The position numbers and the translations under genes are program-made. A stretch of DNA of 64,000 bases from Minisyncoccota bacterium (GTDB lineage: Bacteria > Patescibacteriota > Minisyncoccia > UBA6257 > GWB1-50-10). Each line of letters begins with the position of its first letter. Position 1 is the first letter of the stretch. Below, piece after piece: positions 29,076-39,265 of this stretch. The notes beneath the pieces are model-generated. The model was not told the origin of the DNA. It saw nothing but the letters and a program-made list of their open reading frames with translations, and did no database searches. The stretch lies in the NCBI GenBank assembly GCA_020059585.1, contig JAGVBU010000008.1:22163-86162 (forward strand). Direction: 5' to 3'.

Positions 29076-30914
29076 CTATCGTATTGAGATCTGCCTCATT
29101 CCATATTCCTTCATAAGATCCGAAAACTCTTGCTGTTCAATCGTCTCCTTCTCAATGAGGGTTTTTGCAATCGCGTCAAGCGCGTTCTTGTGTCCGATGA
29201 TTATTTTCTTCGCAATATCAAATGATTTTTTCACAAAACGGCTTACCTCCTCATCGATAATTTCGCTGGTCTTTTCTGAATAATCTTTCTCCGCGGAAAT
29301 TTCACGTCCCAAAAATATCATCTCGTGATTTTTTCCAAGCGTCCGCGGTCCGAGTTTTTCACTCATACCGTATTGCGTCACGATTTTGTTCGCGATTTCG
29401 GTAGCGTATTTCAAATCACTTGAAGACCCCGTGCTCACATCTCCAAATACCGTTGATTCGGCAACAAATCCTCCTAACGCAACAGCAAGGTCCGCGAGAA
29501 ATTGGGTCTTTGTTTTCAATCGCCGTTCTTCCGTGGGAAGCTTGAGCGTATATCCTCCCGCAAGTCCGCGGCTGATTATCGTCACCTTATGTACGGGATC
29601 GCTGTCCTTGAGTCCCGCCGCAACAAGCGCGTGCCCCGCCTCGTGATACGCGGTAATTTGTTTTTCGTTTTCCGTTATCGCCCGTGACTTCCGCGCAGGA
29701 CCAAGCATCACTTTCTCAATTGAATTAAAGAAATCGTCTTGTGTGATTATCTTTCGATTCGAGCGTGCCGCAAGAATCGCGGCCTCATTCGCGAGATTCG
29801 CGAGATCCGCGCCGGAGAATCCCGGCGTACGCACCGCAACCGCGCGTAAATCAACATTCTGAACGGGTTTTCCTTTCGCGTGTATCTTGAGAATTTCTTC
29901 GCGATCGTTCAAATCGGGCATATCAAGCACCACGCGCCTATCGAACCTTCCGGGGCGAAGGAGCGCCGCATCAAGTACATCGGGGCGGTTCGTCGCCGCC
30001 ATAATAATTACATTTGTATCTCTTTCAAAGCCGTCCATTTCCACAAGTATCTGGTTTAGTGTCTGTTCACGTTCGTCATGCCCGCCCCCAAGTCCGGTGC
30101 CGCGCTCGCGTCCCACCGCGTCTATCTCGTCAATAAATACAATAGAGGGAGCGGCCTTCTTTGCGGTTTCAAAGAGATCTCTTACGCGCGATGCCCCAAC
30201 GCCGACAAACATCTCAACAAACTCCGATGCCGACATATGGAAAAAAGGAACATTTCCCTCTCCCGCGACGGCACGCGCGAGAAGTGTTTTTCCCGTTCCC
30301 GGCTGTCCCATAAGAAGAACGCCGCGGGGAATTTTCGCCCCCATATCAATGAACTTCTGGGGGTTTCTCAGAAAATCCACCACCTCTTCAAGTTCTTCTT
30401 TCGCCTCTCTTAATCCCGCAACATCCTTAAATTTTATCTTTTCCCCCGCGCCACTCCATAGTTTCATATTTGCTTTCCCGAATGAGAACGCCTGATTGGC
30501 ACCCGTCTTCGCCTGTCGAAATATAAACCAAAAAAGGGCGACCATAAGGATGACCGGAAGGAGAGTCGGAATGAGAATACCCATCCAATATTTAAATCCG
30601 CTTGGTTCCTCAACTGATATCTCCATTGTACGCAACATCTCCGGAGCCACTCCGTAATTTACGATTGTTTCAGAAAACCCCGTCTCGGTTTCTTTCCGTG
30701 ATATCACTTCTCCTCCGTCTTTAAGCGAAACCTTTAATTCCTCTCCATTTACCACAACGCGCGTCACCTCTCCATCGCTTATCTTCGCCGCAAGCTCACT
30801 CAACGTGATAACCTTCGGATCCGCATTATCCGTTTCAGCAAAAAAAGAAAAGACCGCGGTAACCGCGAAGAGGAGAAATACAGCGAAAAATAAATTTTTA
30901 CTCAGATTTTTCAT
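29076..30914 (-). CDS. ftsH: ATP-dependent zinc metalloprotease FtsH
   Basis: Two N-terminal TMs, AAA Walker A GQPGTGKT, Walker B/SRH, zinc motif HEAGHA; start set at MKNLSKNL, internal to ORF-track start 31007. Confidence 0.9.
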   Translation of the reverse strand: MKNLSKNLFFAVFLLFAVTAVFSFFAETDNADPKVITLSELAAKISDGEVTRVVVNGEELKVSLKDGGEVISRKETETGFSETIVNYGVAPEMLRTMEISVEEPSGFKYWMGILIPTLLPVILMVALFWFIFRQAKTGANQAFSFGKANMKLWSGAGEKIKFKDVAGLREAKEELEEVVDFLRNPQKFIDMGAKIPRGVLLMGQPGTGKTLLARAVAGEGNVPFFHMSASEFVEMFVGVGASRVRDLFETAKKAAPSIVFIDEIDAVGRERGTGLGGGHDEREQTLNQILVEMDGFERDTNVIIMAATNRPDVLDAALLRPGRFDRRVVLDMPDLNDREEILKIHAKGKPVQNVDLRAVAVRTPGFSGADLANLANEAAILAARSNRKIITQDDFFNSIEKVMLGPARKSRAITENEKQITAYHEAGHALVAAGLKDSDPVHKVTIISRGLAGGYTLKLPTEERRLKTKTQFLADLAVALGGFVAESTVFGDVSTGSSSDLKYATEIANKIVTQYGMSEKLGPRTLGKNHEMIFLGREISAEKDYSEKTSEIIDEEVSRFVKKSFDIAKKIIIGHKNALDAIAKTLIEKETIEQQEFSDLMKEYGMRQISIR

Positions 30915-31028
30915 ATATGATTCATGTGCCCACTCATCATATCGCCCAGTAAAAAAATATGCAAAAAAATGCTGCGGATAAGTCCGCAGCATATGCATAT
31001 TTGTCATGGAAACGGAAAAATAAATGAA

Positions 31029-31280
31029 CTATTCCTCCATTGTATCCAATTTACTCAAAATCATTTTTTTCATCTCGTCAAAGGGCATACCTGCGTGTTC
31101 CTCCGAAAAACGTGATACTTCTTTATTTTTATGAAGCACCACGACTTCAGGAACTCCTTTTTTAGGAACAATCCTTTTCGCCTCTAAAAGAATGTTTTTC
31201 TTTTTCAGGCTTATCGAGACGGAAATCAATGTCCCCATCAGCGCGTTTAACATGTCAGAATTCTTATGCTTTCTCGGCAT
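31029..31280 (-). CDS. Hypothetical small protein
   Basis: 83-aa ORF between ftsH and rpsA, same strand; no recognisable motif. Confidence 0.25.
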   Translation of the reverse strand: MPRKHKNSDMLNALMGTLISVSISLKKKNILLEAKRIVPKKGVPEVVVLHKNKEVSRFSEEHAGMPFDEMKKMILSKLDTMEE

Positions 31281-31375
31281 ACCGCAACTCCATTTTTTTG
31301 AATAAATAAGTTATTTTATTAAAAAGCCAGACCTACTTTATACAATAAAAAAGAGCCCTTTGCAAGGGCCCTTCT

Positions 31376-32467
31376 TTATTTCAATTTCAAAAGTATCTTT
31401 CGCTCCTCGGGGTTCAGCGTTTCGATAATGAATTTATACTGTTCTCCCTGTTGTAATTTCTTCTTCATTTCCTCAACACTCCCAAAAGAAGCAACGTGTA
31501 CCTGCCCCTGTATTTCGCCATCGAGATCAATGATTGCTCCGAATGGATGGAAACTGTGCACTTTTCCTTGTACCTCCTGCCCCTCCTTATATACATCTCG
31601 CATCCGCGTCCACGGATCCACCTTGAGCGCTTTAAGTGAAAGGGATATTCTTCCTTCTTTTATCTCTACTATCTTCGCCCTCACCGCGTCATCAATGTGC
31701 ACGAGCTCCTTCGGATTTTCCACAATCTTGTATCCGAGTTCAGAAATATGAATAAGTCCCTCCACCGCCGGATTATCAGTAAAGCGCACGAATACTCCGA
31801 AATCCGCGATTCCTGAAACCACTCCGTCGATTTCCTGTCCCACGGAATAGTTCTGGACCAATTCCTTCATACTCACTTCCTTAGCTGCCTTTTCTGAAAC
31901 AATAAGCTTGTTTGTTCTTGAATTCACATCAATGATTCTCACCGCTATTTCCTGTCCGATAAGTCCCTCGAGAATCTTCACTATCTCTTCCTTGTTATTT
32001 ATTTCGTCCTTACCTTCAAATCCGTTTACGATTTGCGATACCGGAAGAAATGCCGAAAGTCCGTACAAATCGGCAATAAGCCCTCCCTTGTTGCACGCGG
32101 TCGTCTTTATCTTCAAAATCTCCTCTTGCTCTTTTAGATCCTGTACCAACTCCCATGATTTCTGTTTGTCTGCCTGAGAAAGAGAAAGTTCTATAAATCC
32201 TTCGTCGTTGTCCGTGTCTATGACCTTCCCATTAATAGTGTCCCCCGAATTTAATCCGCGCACTACATCCCGCGCATTTTGAATTTCCCCGCGATACACT
32301 GCCCCCGTTCCATAAGGACCAAGATCAATCGTAATCATTCGACTCCCTTTTTCGAGAATAGTTCCCTCAACAAGATCGCCTATACGAAGCACTTTCAGTG
32401 CTCCGATTTCCGACTTTGTGAGAGACGCAACATTTTGCTCGTCTTGTTTTTGTGCTGTCGTCGTCAT
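31376..32467 (-). CDS. rpsA: 30S ribosomal protein S1-like (four S1 domains)
   Basis: Four tandem S1/OB repeats (GxV..I...G.FV... patterns); 363 aa. Confidence 0.75.
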   Translation of the reverse strand: MTTTAQKQDEQNVASLTKSEIGALKVLRIGDLVEGTILEKGSRMITIDLGPYGTGAVYRGEIQNARDVVRGLNSGDTINGKVIDTDNDEGFIELSLSQADKQKSWELVQDLKEQEEILKIKTTACNKGGLIADLYGLSAFLPVSQIVNGFEGKDEINNKEEIVKILEGLIGQEIAVRIIDVNSRTNKLIVSEKAAKEVSMKELVQNYSVGQEIDGVVSGIADFGVFVRFTDNPAVEGLIHISELGYKIVENPKELVHIDDAVRAKIVEIKEGRISLSLKALKVDPWTRMRDVYKEGQEVQGKVHSFHPFGAIIDLDGEIQGQVHVASFGSVEEMKKKLQQGEQYKFIIETLNPEERKILLKLK

Positions 32468-32600
32468 AATAATAGGTATTGTTCACGCCCCAGAGGGCGT
32501 AAAACACATATAACAATATTGATAAATCAGCGCCATGTCAAATGACACAACGATAATTTCTCATTGAAAAAATGTCCGTGAGACAATACAATGAGTACAT

Positions 32601-33179
32601 ATGATCATTACCCGACAAGAGGAAAATTACATAAAGATCCAATCCGGCGATACTACGCTTCTCATTGATCCCACAAGTCAGCGATCTTTTAAGGGCGCGG
32701 CGGCGGCAATTAATACCGTACGACCCTCCTATATAGAATATGATGGCCTTGGCGACTGTTTTTGGATCGATCACCAAGGAGAATATGAGATACAGGGAAT
32801 CCATATACGCGGATGGAGCGCGGGGAACGAAGAGGGAACTGAAAAAACAATCTATCGTATTGAATTCGACGACATCATACTCTCTATTCTTGGACACATC
32901 ACTCAGGAACCATCAAAGGAGTTTATAGAATATCTCGACGGCACCGATATTATGATCGTCCCCGCGGGGGGAAAACCGTGGGTATCGCAAGTTTCTCTTG
33001 CAAAGTTCATTCGACAAATAGAACCAAGCGTGATTATTCCCTCTCTTTTTAAAGACTTAAAACCGTTCCTTAAAGAATGCAATGTCGCCGAAGCGATACA
33101 AGAAGAAAAATTCGTATTCAAGAAAAAAGATCTCACGACGGGCGCGATGGAAATACGAAATATAGAAGAAAAGAAATAA
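32601..33179 (+). CDS. Metallo-beta-lactamase-fold hydrolase-like protein
   Basis: 192 aa; N-terminal ITRQEENYIKIQSGDTTLLIDP beta-strand pattern of UPF0173/MBL-like proteins; canonical HxHxDH motif not evident. Confidence 0.4.
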   Translation: MIITRQEENYIKIQSGDTTLLIDPTSQRSFKGAAAAINTVRPSYIEYDGLGDCFWIDHQGEYEIQGIHIRGWSAGNEEGTEKTIYRIEFDDIILSILGHITQEPSKEFIEYLDGTDIMIVPAGGKPWVSQVSLAKFIRQIEPSVIIPSLFKDLKPFLKECNVAEAIQEEKFVFKKKDLTTGAMEIRNIEEKK

Positions 33180-33180
33180 C

Positions 33181-33585
33181 ATGAGCGTCCATTCATTCCC
33201 GCAAAAAATACGCGCGTTTACCCGAAAATTGCAACGCGCGAACACCGCGACAAAGCGGCGATGGTTCTTCGGAAGCGCCGCCATTTCTTTTGTGTTTGTG
33301 TTTGCCGCGTGGGTTGTGTACGTCAGTAACGCGATTGTTCCTATATCAGGAAGAACACAATCCGAAAACTCTACGTCTTTTGGAAGCACGTTTAAGGCGG
33401 GAATCGGAAATCTCACGAGAGATCTCGGTCAGAAATATGATGTATTCAGGAAAAATCTCGATAAAAACCTTAAAATTATAGAGGATAAAATCACTGAGAC
33501 GAATACTATCACCATCGATGGATCGGATACGGTGCCGTTTGTTCCCGCGCCGCTTGAAAATACATCCTTAATTCCGCTACCATAA
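33181..33585 (+). CDS. Hypothetical membrane-anchored protein
   Basis: 134 aa with one N-terminal TM helix; ATG overlaps upstream stop. Confidence 0.3.
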   Translation: MSVHSFPQKIRAFTRKLQRANTATKRRWFFGSAAISFVFVFAAWVVYVSNAIVPISGRTQSENSTSFGSTFKAGIGNLTRDLGQKYDVFRKNLDKNLKIIEDKITETNTITIDGSDTVPFVPAPLENTSLIPLP

Positions 33586-33620
33586 AGCACGCAGCACACC
33601 CACACATAACAACCTAACGT

Positions 33621-36116
33621 ATGAAAAAAACTAAAGCGCTCCCCGAAGAAAAAAATCCCTATATCCCCGAGGATCACATACGCGATCGGGAAATCACCAC
33701 GGAATTAAAGGAATCGTATCTCGATTACGCGATGTCCGTCATCGTATCCCGCGCGCTTCCTGATGTGCGGGACGGATTAAAACCCGTACAAAGAAGGATA
33801 CTCTGGAGTATGTGGGAATCCGGATTAAAACATTCGGTGAAGTTCAGAAAATCAGCAAATATCGTCGGAGGCGTCATGGCACACTATCACCCACACGGGG
33901 ATTCTTCCATTTACGATGCGGTTGCGCGCATGGCGCAGGATTTCTCACTCCGTTATCCTCTTGTTCAAGGACAGGGAAACTGGGGGTCGGTCGACGGCGA
34001 CGCTCCCGCGGCAATGAGGTATACCGAAGCGCGTCTTTCAAAAATCGCGGAGGAAATGCTTCTTGATATTGAAAAAGATACCGTTGATTGGAACTCAAAC
34101 TATGATAATTCAAAAACCGAACCAAGAGTCCTTCCCGCAAAACTCCCAAATCTTCTCCTTAACGGATCCGTTGGAATCGCGGTCGGTATGGCGACAAACA
34201 TCCCTCCGCATAATCTTTCTGAAATTGCCGATGCCGTCATTCATATTACAGAAAACCCGGATGCGGACGTGAAGGAGCTTATGAAGTTTGTTCCGGGACC
34301 CGATTTTCCTACGGGAGGAATTATTTACGACAAGAAGGCGATAGAAACCGCGTATACCACGGGGAGGGGAGGTATCACCATGCGCGCGCTCGCGCAGATT
34401 GAAGAGAAAAAGAGCGGCAGTTTCCATATCGTCATCACGGAAATTCCATATCAGGTAAACAAATCCGCCTTACTCGAAAAAATCGCGGAACTTGTGCAAG
34501 AAAAAAAGATAGAAGGCATCCGCGATCTCCGAGACGAATCAGATAGAGAGGGATTGAGAATTGTCGTTGAAATGAAAAACGACGCAGCGCCCCAAAAAAT
34601 CTTGAATCAGTTGTATCAGTACACGGAACTTCAGAAAAATTTTAATTTTAATATGCTTGCCCTCTCAGAAGGAGGACTCCAGCCGCAAATACTTTCTCTT
34701 AAAGAGATTCTTGTCGCGCATATTGATCATAGAAAGATAATTATTCGAAGGCGCACAGAATTTGATTTGAAAAAAGCCGAAGAACGCGCTCATATTCTCG
34801 AAGGACTCGTAAAGGCGCTCGATTCTATCGATAAAATAATCGCCACCATAAAAAAATCAAAAGATAAGGAATCGGCCGCGGAAAATCTCATAAAGAATTT
34901 CAAACTTACTGCCGTACAAGCGCACGCCATTCTTGAAATGAGACTTCAAACGCTTGCGGCTCTCGAACGCAAAAAACTCGAAGATGAGCTTGAAGAAAAA
35001 AAGGCGCTTATAAAAGAACTCCAGCTCATACTCAAAAACCCAAAAAAAATAATAGACATAATTCGCGCCGAGCTTATTGATCTTAAGAAAAACTTCCCTG
35101 ATCCGCGGCGAACAAAAATAGTGCCGTCGAGCCTTACCGAATTCCGTGAAGAAGATCTCGTGCCGAACGAAGAGGCGGTCATTATGCTTACGTTGAGCGG
35201 ATATATAAAACGACTTCCTCCCACAAACTTCCGCGCGCAGAAAAGAGGCGGAAAAGGGCTTATAGGATTCGATTTAAAAGAAGAAGATTTCATAGATCAG
35301 CTCATCTCCGCGAATACGCACGACAACATTCTTTTCTTTACTGATAAAGGAAAAGTATTTCAAACGAAGGTGTATGAAATTCCCGCGGCGTCGCGCACGG
35401 CAAAAGGGAAATCGATACACAATTATCTTGAGATCCCTTCCGAAGAACGAGTGAGTGCTCTTATCGCGTATCCTAATTCATCCTCGGCTATTGAATCGCA
35501 ATTTCTCGTAATGGCGACAAAGAACGGAATAATAAAAAAGACTCCTCTAAAGGATTTCACGAATGTGCGCCGCACCGGTATCATTGCGCTCACCCTCAAA
35601 AACGATCTGCTCCGGTGGGTGAAAATATCCTCAGGAAAAGACGAAATAATCCTCTCAACTTCGAATGGGCAGGCAATCCGCTTTAAGGAGAAGGATATTC
35701 GTCCAATGGGGCGCACCGCGTCCGGAGTGAAGGGAATAGGACTCAAAAAAGGCGACTTCGTCGCGGGACTTGATATAATAAAAACAGGAGAAGTTGATTC
35801 GAAAACACTGAAGAATCTTCGCCTTCTCGCCGTCATGAATAAGGGTTTTGCAAAACAAACACCCCTTAAGGAGTATAAGACGCAAAAGAGAGGGGGGTCT
35901 GGAATAAAGACCGCAAAAGTCACCGAAAAAACTGGCGTAGTCATCGAGACGCATGTTGTCGATGAAACAATTGAGGAGATTCTCGCGTTTTCAAAAAAAG
36001 GGCAGGCGATTCGCACCCACATCAACGATGTCCGTATCGCCGGTCGCGCTACTCAGGGAGTGCGCATCATGAATCTCCCGAAAGACGATGAACTCATAGG
36101 CGTCGTCTGCTTATAA
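33621..36116 (+). CDS. gyrA: DNA gyrase subunit A
   Basis: [10 protein letters not shown] with catalytic Tyr, YHPHGD, C-terminal beta-pinwheel repeats; 831 aa. Confidence 0.9.
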   Translation: MKKTKALPEEKNPYIPEDHIRDREITTELKESYLDYAMSVIVSRALPDVRDGLKPVQRRILWSMWESGLKHSVKFRKSANIVGGVMAHYHPHGDSSIYDAVARMAQDFSLRYPLVQGQGNWGSVDGDAPAAMRYTEARLSKIAEEMLLDIEKDTVDWNSNYDNSKTEPRVLPAKLPNLLLNGSVGIAVGMATNIPPHNLSEIADAVIHITENPDADVKELMKFVPGPDFPTGGIIYDKKAIETAYTTGRGGITMRALAQIEEKKSGSFHIVITEIPYQVNKSALLEKIAELVQEKKIEGIRDLRDESDREGLRIVVEMKNDAAPQKILNQLYQYTELQKNFNFNMLALSEGGLQPQILSLKEILVAHIDHRKIIIRRRTEFDLKKAEERAHILEGLVKALDSIDKIIATIKKSKDKESAAENLIKNFKLTAVQAHAILEMRLQTLAALERKKLEDELEEKKALIKELQLILKNPKKIIDIIRAELIDLKKNFPDPRRTKIVPSSLTEFREEDLVPNEEAVIMLTLSGYIKRLPPTNFRAQKRGGKGLIGFDLKEEDFIDQLISANTHDNILFFTDKGKVFQTKVYEIPAASRTAKGKSIHNYLEIPSEERVSALIAYPNSSSAIESQFLVMATKNGIIKKTPLKDFTNVRRTGIIALTLKNDLLRWVKISSGKDEIILSTSNGQAIRFKEKDIRPMGRTASGVKGIGLKKGDFVAGLDIIKTGEVDSKTLKNLRLLAVMNKGFAKQTPLKEYKTQKRGGSGIKTAKVTEKTGVVIETHVVDETIEEILAFSKKGQAIRTHINDVRIAGRATQGVRIMNLPKDDELIGVVCL

Positions 36117-36121
36117 AAGCA

Positions 36122-37450
36122 ATGCATACTATTAATACACGAATAATCCTTTTCTCCGTTATCGGAGTGGTAGTTCTTATATTTCTTCTTATTCTTTCGG
36201 GTGTTATTCCGGGATTGAAAAGTAACAACCCTAAAACAGAAGGGCCCTCAGGCACGATCAATATGTGGGTGATCCAAGATCGCCAATCTGCATACGAGGC
36301 CGCGATAAAAAAATTTACAGATGTATACCCGGGAATACGCGTATCCTTTAAAACATTTCCAAATGAAACGACGTATCGCAACGCCCTTCTTGAGGGATTC
36401 GCGACAAATCAGGGTCCTGACATATTCCTTGTTGATAACGCAAGCGTGTTGCGTGACGCCAATAAGATAGAACCGCTCCCGAAACAAAAAATGTCCCTTC
36501 TACAGCTTCAGAATTTCTTTCCACGAGTGGTGGAGCGTGATTTTGTGAGTAAGGACGGGCGCATTTTTGGGATCCCTCTTTCTATCGATACGCTCGTCAT
36601 GATATACAACAAGGATATTTTCGATACGGAACAGATAGCAGAAATTCCCAAAACGTGGGAAGAATTCAACGCTATAGTACCAAAAATCACAAAAATAGAG
36701 GGAGGCACCCGCATTACGCGCGCGGGCGCCGCAATCGGGGGATCGGAAAAAAATATCGAACGCGCAAGCGATCTCCTTCAACTTATTATGATGCAATCGG
36801 GAGTATCTATGATGAAAGCATCGCCGTTTTCAGCATCGTTCTCACCCTCTGGAGAAGATGCGCTTCGCTTTTATGTCGGATTTTCAAATGCAAAAAACAG
36901 CGTATATACATGGAATTCGATCATGCCCTCCGCCATCGACTCGTTTGCGGAAGGAAAAACGGCGATACTTTTTGATTACGCATCATCACTTGATACGATA
37001 AGGAATAAAAATCAGTGGATACACGCGGGCATCGCCCCAGTCCCATATCCCGCGCAAACTAAATGCCAGAACGAATATGAATGCCGTACCGCGTATGCTC
37101 GCTATTACGGGTATACCGTCTCAAAACAAAGCGAATTAAAGAGTGTCGCGTGGGATCTCGTACTCTTTATGACGACTCAAAGCGATACCGCGGGCGATTA
37201 TATGACTAAAACAAAAAAACCTCCCGCGCTCAGATTCCTGATAGGACAAACATCCCAAGATCCCGAACTTGGAGTGCAGGCCGCGCAAGCGCTTATTGCA
37301 AAATCATGGCAGCAGCCCGATCGCGATGCGGTATCCTCTCTCTTTTCTGAAGCAATAGATCTCGTGATCTCAGGAAAAAAAGATGTCTCTTCCGCGCTCC
37401 GCCAGACGCAGGACGGAGTGAATCAACTTATAAAAGAAAAAGGATTATAA
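36122..37450 (+). CDS. Extracellular solute-binding protein (ABC-type, family 1-like), orphan
   Basis: N-terminal TM/signal anchor and bilobed SBP-like layout; no permease or ATPase gene adjacent. Confidence 0.5.
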   Translation: MHTINTRIILFSVIGVVVLIFLLILSGVIPGLKSNNPKTEGPSGTINMWVIQDRQSAYEAAIKKFTDVYPGIRVSFKTFPNETTYRNALLEGFATNQGPDIFLVDNASVLRDANKIEPLPKQKMSLLQLQNFFPRVVERDFVSKDGRIFGIPLSIDTLVMIYNKDIFDTEQIAEIPKTWEEFNAIVPKITKIEGGTRITRAGAAIGGSEKNIERASDLLQLIMMQSGVSMMKASPFSASFSPSGEDALRFYVGFSNAKNSVYTWNSIMPSAIDSFAEGKTAILFDYASSLDTIRNKNQWIHAGIAPVPYPAQTKCQNEYECRTAYARYYGYTVSKQSELKSVAWDLVLFMTTQSDTAGDYMTKTKKPPALRFLIGQTSQDPELGVQAAQALIAKSWQQPDRDAVSSLFSEAIDLVISGKKDVSSALRQTQDGVNQLIKEKGL

Positions 37451-37463
37451 TATTCGATATACT

Positions 37464-37952
37464 ATGAGAAAAAATATCATTCTTCTTTTCATCGCCGTAC
37501 TCGTTGTTATTCCTCTTTCCGCGCACGCGTTATCATTTGATATCTGGGAAAACACCGAAAAGACGATTACTTATGCAAGCGGAACAATGAGAGCAACAAC
37601 CACTGAAAACTGCAACATAGTTGGATCGTGCAATCTCTGCGATGCTCTTCAGGTTTTCAAAAACATCGTGAATATACTTTTCACAATCGCAATACCTCTT
37701 GCGGTTGCGCTCATTATATATGGAGGCATACGCATTATGACGGCAGGAGGATCCGAACAAAACGTAGCGGAGGCGAGAAATATAATCACAAGCGCGCTTA
37801 TCGGTCTCGCAATCGCCCTCGCGGCATGGATGATTGTGAGTGTCGTCATCTCGGTTATTGCTCAATCAAGCTTTCCCACAACCACGGGGAGTACGATTGA
37901 TTTTAAATTTTGGAATAATATCGATTGTACCGTATCCCCGCAGATAAATTAG
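37464..37952 (+). CDS. VirB2/TrbC-like pilin paralog 1
   Basis: Signal peptide then two hydrophobic helices flanking a conserved GGSEQNV loop. Confidence 0.5.
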   Translation: MRKNIILLFIAVLVVIPLSAHALSFDIWENTEKTITYASGTMRATTTENCNIVGSCNLCDALQVFKNIVNILFTIAIPLAVALIIYGGIRIMTAGGSEQNVAEARNIITSALIGLAIALAAWMIVSVVISVIAQSSFPTTTGSTIDFKFWNNIDCTVSPQIN

Positions 37953-37975
37953 AAAAATTGTTTTATAATAAAGTT

Positions 37976-38320
37976 ATGACTCCGAGAAAAAAAATAGTTT
38001 CGATTGCGTGGGGAGGTCTTGCTGCCCTGCTTATAGCTCCATTGAAAGCGCGCGGCGCGCAGATACGGCTTGAAAATCCTTTGAGAACCGACGATCCTAT
38101 CGAGCTTCTGGGATCTATTGTGGATTGGCTCATTATTGCGGGTGCCCCAATCGCGGTTGTTATGGTTATATATGGCGCCTTCCAAATTATGACCGCGCAA
38201 GGAGATACCGAAAAATTCACTTCAGGAAGAAAAACAATTGTGTACGCCATCGTCGGCTATGGTATAATTATTTGCGCATGGGGCATCGTTGCGGTCATCC
38301 AAAGCGTATTAGAGGAATAA
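37976..38320 (+). CDS. VirB2/TrbC-like pilin paralog 2
   Basis: Same topology as paralog 1; loop motif QGDTEKF. Confidence 0.5.
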   Translation: MTPRKKIVSIAWGGLAALLIAPLKARGAQIRLENPLRTDDPIELLGSIVDWLIIAGAPIAVVMVIYGAFQIMTAQGDTEKFTSGRKTIVYAIVGYGIIICAWGIVAVIQSVLEE

Positions 38321-38364
38321 GCCCCGGAAAGGTCGAGAACAGAAACATCATATATATTTATTAT

Positions 38365-38733
38365 ATGTCAAAGAAACTCACTATAATTGTCGCGTCTGCG
38401 CTTGTTCTTTTGCCTGTCCTTGTGGGAGCTCAGGGAGGTGTCACGGTTCCCGACGCATCTCAAACTATTTTGGCGGGAGGGTATCAGGGAATTGCCGATA
38501 CGCTTTCCACGATCGCGAACTGGATGCTTGGTGTTCTCCTTTTACTTGCGGTAATCTTTTTCATCTATGCGGGATTTTTGTATCTCACTTCCGGTGGAGA
38601 GGAAGACAAGGTAAAGAAAGCGAAGGATTTCCTCGTGTACGGACTTATCGCCGTCGCGGTGGGACTTTTAGCGAAAGGTCTTGTTTCCGTTGTCTCAAAC
38701 CTTGTAATAGGAGGAGAGGCTCCGATAAACTAA
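38365..38733 (+). CDS. VirB2/TrbC-like pilin paralog 3
   Basis: Signal peptide; IANWMLGVLLLLAVIFFIYAGFLYLTSGGEEDKVKKAKDFLVYGLIAVAVGLLAKG, closely related to paralog 4. Confidence 0.5.
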   Translation: MSKKLTIIVASALVLLPVLVGAQGGVTVPDASQTILAGGYQGIADTLSTIANWMLGVLLLLAVIFFIYAGFLYLTSGGEEDKVKKAKDFLVYGLIAVAVGLLAKGLVSVVSNLVIGGEAPIN

Positions 38734-38751
38734 TTTCGAATTTATCCGTCT

Positions 38752-39072
38752 ATGAAGAAATTTCTCTATATCCTGTTTTTCCCTCTTGTATTCTTTCCGC
38801 TTATTTCTTCAGCGGCGACGAGCACTATACAGGATGCTCAAGACGTCGTTGATCTCATTACAAAGATAGGAAATTGGATGTACGGGATACTTCTCGGACT
38901 TGCGGTAATATTCATCATCTTTGCGGCATACAATTTCATGACAAGCGGAGGATCTGAAGAAAAAGTGAAAGAAGCGAAAAATCAGGTTCTCTATACGCTT
39001 ATTGCCGTGGCGGTTGCGATGCTTGCGAAGGGATTTATATCGATTATTGAAAGTCTTGTGCTTACGAACTAA
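38752..39072 (+). CDS. VirB2/TrbC-like pilin paralog 4
   Basis: Signal peptide; IGNWMYGILLGLAVIFIIFAAYNFMTSGGSEEKVKEAKNQVLYTLIAVAVAMLAKG. Confidence 0.5.
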   Translation: MKKFLYILFFPLVFFPLISSAATSTIQDAQDVVDLITKIGNWMYGILLGLAVIFIIFAAYNFMTSGGSEEKVKEAKNQVLYTLIAVAVAMLAKGFISIIESLVLTN

Positions 39073-39100
39073 TTTTTGTCCGCTATTGCATTAAGACCGC

Positions 39101-39140
39101 GCGTCCGCCTCTCCGTCAGTTGGAGAGGCGGACTCGTTAT
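39101..39140 (+). terminator. Stem-loop terminator after the pilin array
   Basis: 12-bp stem GTCCGCCTCTCC/GGAGAGGCGGAC with 6-nt loop. Confidence 0.5.
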
Positions 39141-39161
39141 ACGACACAAAAAATTTATCAT

Positions 39162-39243
39162 GCCGAGGTGGCGAAACTGGCAGACGCACTAGCTTTAGGA
39201 GCTAGCACCGAAAGGTATGCGGGTTCAAATCCCGCCCTCGGCA
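39162..39243 (+). tRNA. tRNA-Leu (anticodon UAG), class II with long variable arm
   Basis: 82 nt: acceptor GCCGAGG/CCTCGGC, anticodon stem CTAGC/GCTAG with loop TTTAGGA, extended variable arm, T-arm GCGGG-TTCAAAT-CCCGC. Confidence 0.85.
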
Positions 39244-39265
39244 CAATAAAAACAAAATATCCCCG

